Source: a virus
Lineage: Duplodnaviria; Caudoviricetes
Strand: one strand, 5' to 3'
IMG/VR virus record: IMGVR_UViG_3300012952_000131
Coordinates: 1 to 24,685 of that record
Length of the DNA: 24,685 nt
Below the pieces are notes generated by a model. That model saw only the letters and a program-made list of their open reading frames with translations. It did no database searches and was not told where the DNA came from. The position numbers and the translations under genes were made by a program. Below are positions 1 to 8,179 of the stretch, piece by piece. Within the stretch, counting starts at the first letter, position 1. Each line of letters starts with the position of its first letter.

Positions 1-123
1 GAGCTGGTGATAGCCATCCAAGAGCAGCGCCAGAAGGCGCGCATCGCCGAGGAGCAGGCTGCGCGAGAGCGCGCCAAGCTGCGGTCGCTCATCGAGCTTC
101 TGCGGGAGAAGACCAGTGACTGA
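1..123 (+). CDS. C-terminal fragment of an upstream gene, helical/coiled-coil-like (function unknown; could be the small terminase)
   Basis: Frame 1 reads ELVIAIQEQRQKARIAEEQAARERAKLRSLIELLREKTSD to TGA at 121-123, with GC-ending codons. It overlaps the next start (GTG at 116). The TerS idea is positional only. Confidence 0.65.
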   Translation, partial: ELVIAIQEQRQKARIAEEQAARERAKLRSLIELLREKTSD

Positions 124-571
124 GGAAATCATCAACCTGCGTGAAGCGCAGGATCAGGACGTGCCGTTCATCACCAACAGTTGGCTCAAGAGCTACCGTC
201 ACGGCGGGGCGATGACCAAGCACGTTCCGAACGACATCTACTACGCGCAGCACCATTCCGTGCTTGAGCGCATCCTCCCTCGAGGTGTTGTCGTGGTGGC
301 GTGTGACTCGTCCGACCCCGACCATATCCTGGGCTGGATGCACTGTGAGCTGCTCGATGAGGCCTTCGTGCTTCACTACGTCTACGTGAAGAACTCGGTG
401 CGCGGTCACCGGATCATGCGCTCGATGATGGAGCGTGTGCTGAGCAGCGAGGACGACCGGCCGAGATTCCACACGCACTCGACGGACGCCTGGCGGAAGC
501 TGGACATGCACAAGATGGGATGGGTCTACAACCCGTACCTGCTCTTCGGGGAGGTGAAGCGTGGAAAGTAG
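116..571 (+). CDS. GNAT-fold (acetyltransferase-like) phage protein, 151 aa
   Basis: N-terminal INLREAQDQDVPFI resembles GNAT beta1-alpha1, then ILGWMHCE, and LHYVYVKNSVRGHRIMRSMM resembles motif A. The acetyl-CoA loop is degenerate (RGHRIM rather than RGxGIG). Confidence 0.7.
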   Translation: MTEEIINLREAQDQDVPFITNSWLKSYRHGGAMTKHVPNDIYYAQHHSVLERILPRGVVVVACDSSDPDHILGWMHCELLDEAFVLHYVYVKNSVRGHRIMRSMMERVLSSEDDRPRFHTHSTDAWRKLDMHKMGWVYNPYLLFGEVKRGK

Positions 572-1010
572 AAAGGTGGTCCAGGTGCTCTTCGACGCCT
601 ACGTGCCAGTCAACGGTCGCTCCAGCCTGCAGCAGCTCGTCTCGGGGCAGCAGGTCGTGTCAATCTTTAGGACGGGGGACGAGGTGGGCTTCGAGACGTT
701 CCACCGCGAGACGTATTACGTCCCGTTCTCCAGGGTGGTGAGGATCCAGTATGAAGATGGACTCAAAACAAGCGCGCCGAGTGTTGCAGGAAGCGGGGAC
801 CCGCCTTCGCCGTATGGAGGAGCTACAGTTCGAGAGACTCCTATTCGGCCCGCAAAGAAAGTTCGTCGAAGACGAAAGCAAGCTAAAGGCGGCGGTGTGC
901 AGTCGTCGAGCGGGAAAGTCCTACGGGATAAGCCTGCTGGCGCTGAAGACAGCGATGCAGTACTCGGACGCGCTGGTCCCGGTGATAACCCTGACCAGGC
1001 AGCAAGCTAA
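561..1010 (+). CDS. Hypothetical protein, 149 aa: ~65 aa globular beta-rich N-terminus plus a disordered tail overlapping terL
   Basis: Strong Shine-Dalgarno GGAGGTG at 550-556 before GTG 561. It fills the otherwise empty 572-750 gap and stops at TAA 1008-1010 inside terL. Confidence 0.7.
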   Translation: MESRKVVQVLFDAYVPVNGRSSLQQLVSGQQVVSIFRTGDEVGFETFHRETYYVPFSRVVRIQYEDGLKTSAPSVAGSGDPPSPYGGATVRETPIRPAKKVRRRRKQAKGGGVQSSSGKVLRDKPAGAEDSDAVLGRAGPGDNPDQAAS

Positions 1011-2214
1011 GCGCATCGTCTGGCCTGTGTTCCAAAGCCTCAACCGCACCATCGGCCTGGGGCTCAGGTTCAACCACAACGAGCTGACTGCGACCCTCCC
1101 CAACGGCAGTCAGATATTCCTGTGCGGTGCGAACGACGAGAGCGAGATCGAGCGCCTTCGCGGTCCCAAATACCCGCTGGTGATTATCGACGAGGCGCAG
1201 AGTTTTCGCCCATTCCTAGCCCAAATGATCGCCGACATAATCGAGCCTGCAGTGCTCGATTATGACGGAACCATAACGCTCACCGGGACTCCCAACGCGA
1301 CGTGTACGGGGTACTTCTATGAAGCGACTAGGCCGGATAGTGGTTGGAGCGTTCATAACTGGACTCTACTGGATAACCCTCACCTGCCCAAAGCCGCCGA
1401 GTGGCTCGCGGAGAGGCGCGACAAGTACGGCTGGAAGGAAGACACGCCGACGTACCTGCGCGAGTACAAGGGGGTCTGGATCAAGGATCTCGACAGCCTC
1501 GTATACAAGCATGTCCCCGTCATCGAGGAGTTCGACCCAGGGGACGACGAGTGGTTCACGGTCATGGGAGTCGACATCGGCTACGTCGACTCATCCGCCT
1601 TCTGCATCCTCGCCTACTCCGAGGCGCAAGGGCGGTGCGTTGTCTTGGAAAGTTTCAAGAAGGCGAGTCTTATCCCCAGCGAAGTCGCGGAACTGATCGC
1701 CGAAGCCCAGGAAGAATACGGCCTCGACATCGTCGTGGTCGACACCGGGGGAATCGGCAAGGGCTATGTCGAGGAAGCGCGTAAGCGTTTCGGTCTTTCG
1801 CTCGTTGAAGCGGAAAAGACGAAGAAAAGAGCGTACATCGAGCTGCTCAACGGTGACCTTGCGCGTGGGATTGTGGAGGTAAGCCGGGAGAGAAATAGGG
1901 ATCTTCTCGAAGAGATCTCCATTCTCCAATGGGGTGAACAACGCAAGCTCCCCGATAAACGCCGTTACGATGATCATGTGTGCGATGCCCTTCTGTACGC
2001 ATGGAGGTACTGTCACCAGTATCTGATGGAGCACATCTCAGAAGGGCCAGAAAAGGGGTCGGCCGAATGGTTCAAGGTTCAGGAGGACGAAATGGAGGAG
2101 ATCGAGATCAAGCGGCTGGAGAAGAATCTCGATCAGAAGTTCTACGACCTGGAGCAGAGCGAGACTCCGTGGTGGGAGCGGGACGAGATAGCGGCACAAG
2201 TGGAGCCCACCTGA
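751..2214 (+). CDS. terL: Terminase large subunit, 487 aa
   Basis: Walker A AVCSRRAGKS, Walker B LVIIDEAQ, coupling motif TLTGTP, and RNase H-like nuclease acidic motifs MGVDIG, VVVDTGG and DDHVCDALLY. SD-like GAGGA at 740-744. Confidence 0.96.
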   Translation: MKMDSKQARRVLQEAGTRLRRMEELQFERLLFGPQRKFVEDESKLKAAVCSRRAGKSYGISLLALKTAMQYSDALVPVITLTRQQAKRIVWPVFQSLNRTIGLGLRFNHNELTATLPNGSQIFLCGANDESEIERLRGPKYPLVIIDEAQSFRPFLAQMIADIIEPAVLDYDGTITLTGTPNATCTGYFYEATRPDSGWSVHNWTLLDNPHLPKAAEWLAERRDKYGWKEDTPTYLREYKGVWIKDLDSLVYKHVPVIEEFDPGDDEWFTVMGVDIGYVDSSAFCILAYSEAQGRCVVLESFKKASLIPSEVAELIAEAQEEYGLDIVVVDTGGIGKGYVEEARKRFGLSLVEAEKTKKRAYIELLNGDLARGIVEVSRERNRDLLEEISILQWGEQRKLPDKRRYDDHVCDALLYAWRYCHQYLMEHISEGPEKGSAEWFKVQEDEMEEIEIKRLEKNLDQKFYDLEQSETPWWERDEIAAQVEPT

Positions 2215-2393
2215 TCCCTGACGCAGACTCGCTGGTGCTGCTTGTCTCCAGGCTGCGACAGCTTGGCGTCGTCCAGCTCAAGGTGGGCGACGTCATGCTG
2301 GACATGTCGGGCGATGTCCGCGTGGATGCGCCCGAAGGGGCGGAAGATTCCGAGGACCCAGACGATCTGCTATTCTACTCCGCAGGTAACTAA
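2169..2393 (+). CDS. Small hypothetical protein between terL and portal (start uncertain: GTG 2169/2172 or ATG 2067)
   Basis: Protein-like core SLVLLVSRLRQLGVVQLKVGDVMLDM and acidic tail DPDDLLFYSAGN. It fills the 2215-2392 gap, and its TAA overlaps the portal ATG (TAATG 2391-2395). Confidence 0.7.
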   Translation: MVGAGRDSGTSGAHLIPDADSLVLLVSRLRQLGVVQLKVGDVMLDMSGDVRVDAPEGAEDSEDPDDLLFYSAGN

Positions 2394-4225
2394 TGGATTA
2401 TCCCGAAGCCATAGCGCTGCAGTGGTGGACTCAACAAGAGCCCTACAACGATGTGGTAATGGCCGTGCAGGAGATCACGGCTGCCGACACCACGCGCCGA
2501 GCTGACTACATGCGCTACGTCCGCATGTACGGCAATCGGGATCTCTACGGCTTCGCCCCCTACACGCACAACCAAGTCATGTCCCAAGATCGGGTCACCA
2601 TGAACGTGGTAAAGGCGTGTTGTGACACGGCAGTCTCCAGGCTCTCGAGGTCCCAACCGAGGCCACGCTTCCTGACCCACGGTGGTAACTGGTCGCTCAA
2701 GCGCAAGGCCAGGCTGATGGAGCGCTTCGTGGACCACGCGTTTTACGCGGCTCACATGTACGACCTTGCGCCGCGAGTGCTGCTCGATGCGGCCGTGCTG
2801 GGTACAGGCGTGCTCAAGGTCTACAGGCACGGCCAGGACATCACGCTGGAGCGGGTGTTCCCTGGGGAAGTCTTCGTCAATCCAGCGGACGGATTTTACG
2901 GCGAACCCAGAAACCTGTACCAGCGGAAGTTCATCGATCGCGCAGTGCTGTGCGACATGTTCCCCGACAAAGCCGGGATGATAAGGGAGGCGAACAGGAC
3001 CACGAACACACAGGACTACGGCGTGGACTCGCTGGTTGACCAGCTCGAAGTCGTGGAAGCCTGGCATCTGCCCTCCTCCAAGGATTCAGGGGACGGACGG
3101 CATGTGATCTGCATTACTAACGGAACGCTCCTCGACGAGCAGTGGACACGCGGCTATTTCCCGTTTTGTTTCGTCCGCTGGACGGAGCGGCTTCTGGGCT
3201 ACTGGGGGCAGGGGGTTACCGAGGACATTCTTGGCATACAGTTGGAGATTAACCGTCTCCTTCTTAAGATCCAGAAGGCGTTCCACCTTATATCGACCCC
3301 TCGTATCTACGTCGAAGCAGGCTCTAAGGTACGGAAATCATTCTTCAATAATGAAATGGGGACTATCATTCCGTACACGGGGCAAGCGCCTATCGTGGCT
3401 ACCCCGCCGTCGCTGAACCGCGAGATCTTCGAGCACTTGGAGAGGCTGTACCAGCGCGCCTTCGAGATCACCGGAGTTAGCCAGTTGTCTAGTACAGGTC
3501 AGAAGCCTGCTGGCCTGGACTCCGGGGTGGCGCTCCGTGAGTACCAGGACATCGAAGCGCTGCGCTTCACGACCATCAGCCGTCAGTATGAGGCGATGTT
3601 CACCACGGCAGCGAAGCAGATCGTCAACCTTGGACAGGACATCTACGCCGAGGACAACGCGTACTCGGTGACGCTGGAGCGCGACAAGAACACCATCGAG
3701 GTGCTCGACTTCTCGGACATCAACATGGAGGCCGACGACTACGTTCTAAAGGTCTTCCCTGCGTCGAGCCTGCCGCACACCCCAAGTGGGCGGCTGGCGA
3801 TGGTCCAAGAGCTGCTCAACGGCGGCCTGATTCCGCCCGAGGAAGCCAAGCAGCTTCTGGATTTCCCCGACCTCGAAGCGAAGATGTCCTTGGATAGGGC
3901 TACCAGCGAGCTGATAGACCGGAACATCGAGTTCATTCTTGATGACGGGCGCTACATGCCGCCGCATCCCTATCAAGACCATGCGCTGGCGCTGCGCAAG
4001 GTCCAGGCGGCCATCCAGACCGCCGAGCAAAACAACGTACCGTCAGACCGGCTGCAGATGCTGCGCCAGTACCTGACGCAGACGCACCTCTACCTGGAGC
4101 AGGCCAACCAGCAGCGCATGGCCAACCAGCAAGGTGCTATGATCCCTGGTGCTCCCCCGGCGGCTGGTCCGACCGGGGCAAACCCTCTCGCGATGACGCC
4201 AGAGGGTGGCAACATGCCCGTGTAA
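2393..4225 (+). CDS. Portal (head-tail connector) protein, 610 aa
   Basis: Follows terL, with typical size. Portal-like segments: NVVKACCDT..SRL, DAAVLGTGVLKV, YFPFCFVRW...GYWGQG, ITGVSQLS.G...SGVAL, and a Q/P/A-rich disordered C-tail. Confidence 0.9.
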   Translation: MDYPEAIALQWWTQQEPYNDVVMAVQEITAADTTRRADYMRYVRMYGNRDLYGFAPYTHNQVMSQDRVTMNVVKACCDTAVSRLSRSQPRPRFLTHGGNWSLKRKARLMERFVDHAFYAAHMYDLAPRVLLDAAVLGTGVLKVYRHGQDITLERVFPGEVFVNPADGFYGEPRNLYQRKFIDRAVLCDMFPDKAGMIREANRTTNTQDYGVDSLVDQLEVVEAWHLPSSKDSGDGRHVICITNGTLLDEQWTRGYFPFCFVRWTERLLGYWGQGVTEDILGIQLEINRLLLKIQKAFHLISTPRIYVEAGSKVRKSFFNNEMGTIIPYTGQAPIVATPPSLNREIFEHLERLYQRAFEITGVSQLSSTGQKPAGLDSGVALREYQDIEALRFTTISRQYEAMFTTAAKQIVNLGQDIYAEDNAYSVTLERDKNTIEVLDFSDINMEADDYVLKVFPASSLPHTPSGRLAMVQELLNGGLIPPEEAKQLLDFPDLEAKMSLDRATSELIDRNIEFILDDGRYMPPHPYQDHALALRKVQAAIQTAEQNNVPSDRLQMLRQYLTQTHLYLEQANQQRMANQQGAMIPGAPPAAGPTGANPLAMTPEGGNMPV

Positions 4226-4234
4226 TGAGGAACC

Positions 4235-4999
4235 ATGAGTGACGATAACAACGGTGACGAGGTTCAACCCAGCGACCCCCAGTACGTCCATTCTGATCAC
4301 GCGGCTACCGCTCTCCGGGCCTTAGTGGATCAGGAAAAGGCGGCTCGTTCAGCACAGGAGCAGGCGAAGGCAGCCACTTACGAAACGCAGGAAGCTCTGC
4401 GTATGCGTGAGATGGCCAAGCGTGAGCCTCTCCGCTTCCTGAGAGAGCAGGGCGTTACACGCGATGACTTGCAGGAGCGACTTGAGACGCAGGGCCGACC
4501 CGACCCTACGCCCCAGCTTAGGTCAGAAATGGCCGAACTTAGACAGCAGCTCGAAGCGCAGAAGAAAGAGGCCCACGAAGTGAAGATGGCCGCTGCGGTG
4601 AGAGAGGCGAAGTCTGGCGTCGAGCAGTACGTCCAGAGCACGGAGGACTTCCCGCTTGTGAGAGAGGCGGGAGCGACCGACATGGTCTGGCAGTTGATGA
4701 ACACGCGACACCAGGCGACCGGCGAGGTGATCAGTGAATCGCAGGCTTGCAGTGAGGTGGAAGCCTACTTGTCTGGTTTGGTAAAGAAGCTGGCTGCGGC
4801 TGAGTCCACCAGGACCAAGCTGCGCGACGAGCTTCGAGATGTGCTCCCGGCGCAGGCTCCAACGCCTGGGCCCAGCGGCACGACGCTAACCAACCGTCAC
4901 GCAGCAGACGCGACGCAGAGGCCCACGATCACAGATCCCAATCTGAATCGTGAAAGCTCGCTGCTGGATGCTGCGCGGCTACTGACATGGGACGGCTGA
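4235..4999 (+). CDS. Putative capsid scaffolding protein, 254 aa
   Basis: Lies between portal and capsid genes. Acidic disordered N-terminus, E/Q/A/R coiled-coil composition, Pro/Thr linker (TTLTN) and a short C-terminal helix. SD GAGGA just upstream. Confidence 0.75.
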   Translation: MSDDNNGDEVQPSDPQYVHSDHAATALRALVDQEKAARSAQEQAKAATYETQEALRMREMAKREPLRFLREQGVTRDDLQERLETQGRPDPTPQLRSEMAELRQQLEAQKKEAHEVKMAAAVREAKSGVEQYVQSTEDFPLVREAGATDMVWQLMNTRHQATGEVISESQACSEVEAYLSGLVKKLAAAESTRTKLRDELRDVLPAQAPTPGPSGTTLTNRHAADATQRPTITDPNLNRESSLLDAARLLTWDG

Positions 5000-5013
5000 T
5001 GTCCCCGATTTCA

Positions 5014-5019
5014 CAGGAG
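5014..5019 (+). promoter_or_regulatory. Ribosome-binding site of the major capsid gene
   Basis: ACAGGA(GA) about 8-9 nt upstream of ATG 5029, in one of the few intergenic gaps. Confidence 0.65.
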
Positions 5020-5028
5020 AACTGAGTC

Positions 5029-6327
5029 ATGACAGCACTGAATATGACCTCGTTCGACGCTGCCCTCAAAGTCCATTACACGGACTTGAGGGTGAAGAAC
5101 TTGGTCTACAAGAACAATCCCTTCCTCGCTGCCATCCCGAAGTATGAAGCCTTCGGTGGCCGCAACCTGCCCATCCCGGTCCAGTTCGGCGTGCCGGAAG
5201 GTCGCTCTGCGAACTTCCAGAACGCCCTGGGTCTTCAGACGGCCGGTAACTACACCGAGTTCGTCCTGACTCGCGTGCGGAACTACGGCATCGCCAGCAT
5301 CGGCAACGAGGTCCTCGAGGCCTCAGTCGGTGACGCCAACGCCTTCATGCAGGCAGCAAGCTCCGAGATTGACGGCATCCTTCGTGCTGTCACTCAGGAT
5401 CTCGCTGGCAGCATGTACGGAAGCGGCTTCGGCAACCGTGGCACTGTCGCCTCGCTGAACCCGCCTGCGCCTGGCCCCGGCGTGGTGTACGACATCCAGC
5501 TCTCCGAGCCTGCGGATATTGTGCGCTTCGAGGTCGGCATGGCGATCACTTCCAACGCTCCTGGCGGTGGCGGTGGTGCTCCGCTGGAGCTGGGTGCTAT
5601 CACGGCGGTCAACCGTGATCTGGGGATCATCACCATCGATCCTGCGGCTCCCGGCTTCAACTTCCCGTTGCCCATCACTGGTCCGCCTCCCGTCGGAGAC
5701 TGGCTCTTCCAGTGGGGTGATGATGAGAACGGCGGCGGACCCGGCGTCCCGGCGCGCTCCAAGATCACTGGCCTGGAGGGGTGGCTGCCCAACGTAGCCC
5801 CCGTCGCGGGTGACCCAGCGCTATTCGGAGTGCAGCGTGAGGTCGATCCCACGCGCTTAGCAGGGGTCAGATACAACGGCAGCGGAATGACCATCGAGGA
5901 AGCGCTCATCAGCGCGTCTGCGTTGCTCTTCCGTGAGGGCGGGCGACCGGACATCTGCTTCGTCAACCCGGTCACCTACGCTGACCTCATCAAGTCTCTC
6001 GGCAGCAAGGTCGTCTACGACCTGATGCGTTCGAGCGACGTTGCGGACATCTTCTTCGAGGCTGTTCGCGTCCACACTCCGAGCGGTGCAGTCAGCGTTG
6101 TCGCCGACCCCAACTGCCCGGTATCACGCGCCTATCTCATGCAGATGGATACTTGGAAGCTCTACTCCTTGGGTATGGCTCCAAAAATTCTGATGACCGA
6201 TGGGATGCGCATTTTGCGCAATGCAGACAGTGACAGCGTGCAGGTCCGAACGGGTTTCTATGCCCAGATGGGCTGCAGCGCGCCGGGCTGGAACTGCAAC
6301 ATCACGCTGCCGCCTGTCGTGCCGTGA
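5029..6327 (+). CDS. Major capsid protein (HK97-fold expected), 432 aa, with a central insertion domain
   Basis: Follows the scaffold, has a strong RBS, strongly C/G-ending codons and a downstream stem-loop. Capsid-like segments: N-arm FDAALKVHY..VKNLVYKNNPFLA, backbone helix EIDGILRAVTQDLAGSMYGSG, VVADPNCP, C-terminal GCSAPGWN. Confidence 0.88.
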   Translation: MTALNMTSFDAALKVHYTDLRVKNLVYKNNPFLAAIPKYEAFGGRNLPIPVQFGVPEGRSANFQNALGLQTAGNYTEFVLTRVRNYGIASIGNEVLEASVGDANAFMQAASSEIDGILRAVTQDLAGSMYGSGFGNRGTVASLNPPAPGPGVVYDIQLSEPADIVRFEVGMAITSNAPGGGGGAPLELGAITAVNRDLGIITIDPAAPGFNFPLPITGPPPVGDWLFQWGDDENGGGPGVPARSKITGLEGWLPNVAPVAGDPALFGVQREVDPTRLAGVRYNGSGMTIEEALISASALLFREGGRPDICFVNPVTYADLIKSLGSKVVYDLMRSSDVADIFFEAVRVHTPSGAVSVVADPNCPVSRAYLMQMDTWKLYSLGMAPKILMTDGMRILRNADSDSVQVRTGFYAQMGCSAPGWNCNITLPPVVP

Positions 6328-6341
6328 TCTCGTCCCACTGA

Positions 6342-6371
6342 GGCCCTCCCCTCTTTCAGGAGGGGTGGGCC
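6342..6371 (+). terminator. GC-rich stem-loop after the capsid gene (leaky terminator or mRNA-stabilising hairpin; no U-tract)
   Basis: GGCCC-T-CCCCTCT / loop TTCA / GGAGGGG-T-GGGCC gives 12 pairs (one G-U) with a T-T mismatch. It is followed by GAGCTGTAC, not poly-T. Confidence 0.6.
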
Positions 6372-6392
6372 GAGCTGTACTGAGGAGCCTCG

Positions 6393-7715
6393 ATGGCCAA
6401 TTCATCGAATAAGAATTTCCCGCATGCGTATGGCGCGGGCAGAGTCATCGCGGCCTTTCAGCTCGCGCATTCTGGGGGTAATCCGTTTCCGCAGGGCGCG
6501 GAGTCTCTCGATCCCCCCGCGAAGCCTGCGGCCCTGGACGACAGTGCGCTGGCGTCCGACTTTCCCTATCCGTGGCCGGATGGGTTCCCGTGGGTTCCTG
6601 ACATCGCTGTTCCCAGCATGCCCGACAGGGGCTTTGCGGCGTGGAACGTCGAGCGCATGCCCTACAACGCCACGAACATGGGTGTGTACGCGGTCGGTAG
6701 CGGGACCGCTCCGCTTCCCTATCGAGACATTCTCCTTCAGGCGTCTTCGAGCGGTCACCCGCCCATCGACGACAAAATACCCACGGAGGGTGTCTACCCG
6801 TTCGGTATTGCCCAGGAGCTAGGACTCGGCACCTCCAACGCGCAGTACGTGCAAGAGATCCAGTCGGTGGGGGAAGGTGTTAACGAGGGTGAGGGTGGTC
6901 GGTACATGGTCGCGCTGGACTGGGATCTCCCCCAGAGCACGATGACGTACACTCTTCCTGACCCTGACATTTTCCCCTCCGACTACGATGACCTGACGTT
7001 CGATTCCATCTACCAGGGTTGGTCTACGAGCGAGAAGGCGAGCGTCACTAACGCTCTACGCCAGAGCTGCTGGTGTGTGGCGTCTCCGACTCGCTATCTC
7101 CCTCAGATCAATCCCCTCGTTGCTCCGACTGCTTCTTCCTCGACGAGGATATTGCCGCAGCTACTGGGGGGTGAATCCATATTGCGATATGAGGGCGGCC
7201 CTGCGACGTGGGGCATTCAGGTGGACTCGAACATCGCGCCCAGGCTCGACGCGGACGTGGACCCCGATATCATCGGAGATGAGCCCGTGTTTCAGGAGGT
7301 ATTCAACTGCTTCACGCGTGCGACTGTACGAGCGAACCTTCGCTCGCTGACCTACGAGTACATCAACAAGAACGGTGAGCGCGCTCCGGGTGTTCAGCCC
7401 TGGGAGGACCCGCTTCCCGGTGACCAGCTCAAGTGGACGCAGCAGTATCAAGCTGTCGTCGATATCGAGGTGCTGGTACCGGATACCGAGGACGCACGCC
7501 TCTCCGTTCCTCGACCTTTGCCCTGGCTGGTGGGTGAGGTCGCAACGGGGGTCAACGTGATGGTGATGCAGAAAAACACGTCCGCCCCAGACGGCACCGA
7601 TGGGGGAATCTACATGGATGTTCCCCCCTTTCTTCTAGGGGCGAAATCGTCGGTGAAGTCCCTACTGTCTCTTCGCCGTGAGCCCGTCAAGAAGACCACT
7701 ACGGAGGAGCGCTAA
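6393..7715 (+). CDS. Putative virion structural (capsid decoration/head fibre-like) protein, 440 aa; paralog 1, with large Pro/acidic insertions
   Basis: SD GAGGAG at 6382-6387; first gene after the capsid. N-terminal HAYGAGRVIAAF, internal EGGRYMVAL and C-terminal VNVMVMQKNTS match patterns in the next three ORFs. Confidence 0.6.
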   Translation: MANSSNKNFPHAYGAGRVIAAFQLAHSGGNPFPQGAESLDPPAKPAALDDSALASDFPYPWPDGFPWVPDIAVPSMPDRGFAAWNVERMPYNATNMGVYAVGSGTAPLPYRDILLQASSSGHPPIDDKIPTEGVYPFGIAQELGLGTSNAQYVQEIQSVGEGVNEGEGGRYMVALDWDLPQSTMTYTLPDPDIFPSDYDDLTFDSIYQGWSTSEKASVTNALRQSCWCVASPTRYLPQINPLVAPTASSSTRILPQLLGGESILRYEGGPATWGIQVDSNIAPRLDADVDPDIIGDEPVFQEVFNCFTRATVRANLRSLTYEYINKNGERAPGVQPWEDPLPGDQLKWTQQYQAVVDIEVLVPDTEDARLSVPRPLPWLVGEVATGVNVMVMQKNTSAPDGTDGGIYMDVPPFLLGAKSSVKSLLSLRREPVKKTTTEER

Positions 7716-8179
7716 TGCCTATCGTAAGGACACGCGACTGGTACACGACGCAAGGACCCGGAGACGTGGTTCTGTCGGGCTGGTTCTCGCGCAACCCTGA
7801 AGCTCCAGACAGCCCTACCGGCGAAGACGGGATGATGGTCACGCCGCGCCAGTGCCGCATCTCCGAGGAGGTGGACGGCGGTGGTGACGTGTTCTACGAG
7901 CTGACGCTCCCAGGTGCTGGAGAGGTCGAGGTGGTCGGTGCCTGCATGGCGTACAGCCCGCTGGACAGCGACCTGACGAACACCGACATCCTCTGGGCGA
8001 AGTGGGACTACAACAACGCCGACCGGGTGATCCACATCGAGCTTCGCCGCGAAGGCGGCAGCACCGTCCAGCTCCAGTACGACGAGGAAGACGGCGAGTA
8101 CGACAAGGTGTACTTCTGCATTCACCTGCTGCAGAGCGGTAGCTGTGTCGCCAACCAGACCATCGTGGAGACTCCCTGA
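7715..8179 (+). CDS. Putative virion structural protein, 154 aa; paralog 2
   Basis: TAATG-coupled with SD GGAGG. Acidic and beta-rich: TQGPGDVVLSGWF ... GAGEVEVVG ... KWDYNNADRVIHIELRREGG ... VYFCIHLLQS. Confidence 0.6.
   Translation: MPIVRTRDWYTTQGPGDVVLSGWFSRNPEAPDSPTGEDGMMVTPRQCRISEEVDGGGDVFYELTLPGAGEVEVVGACMAYSPLDSDLTNTDILWAKWDYNNADRVIHIELRREGGSTVQLQYDEEDGEYDKVYFCIHLLQSGSCVANQTIVETP

Noticed and set aside
849-887. PAKKVRRRRKQAK as a eukaryotic nuclear localisation signal
   Set aside because: The context is a bacteriophage, and the Arg run arises readily from reading terL GAA/GAC codons in a shifted frame.
6201-6220. Sigma54-like promoter in the capsid 3' end
   Set aside because: The GG-to-GC spacing does not match the required -24/-12 geometry.
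119-6385. ACTGAG(G) recurring near gene starts (119, 5021, 6337, 6379) as a late-promoter motif
   Set aside because: Only 6-7 nt, largely explained by stop codon plus SD composition (TGAGG), with no longer shared consensus.
6200-6822. Capsid C-terminal extension by frameshift or readthrough (T7 10A/10B style)
   Set aside because: The frame of ORF 6393 is closed by TGA at 6381-6383. Readthrough of the capsid TGA gives non-protein-like Arg/Ser-rich sequence, the +1 frame ends at 6412, and I saw no slippery site.
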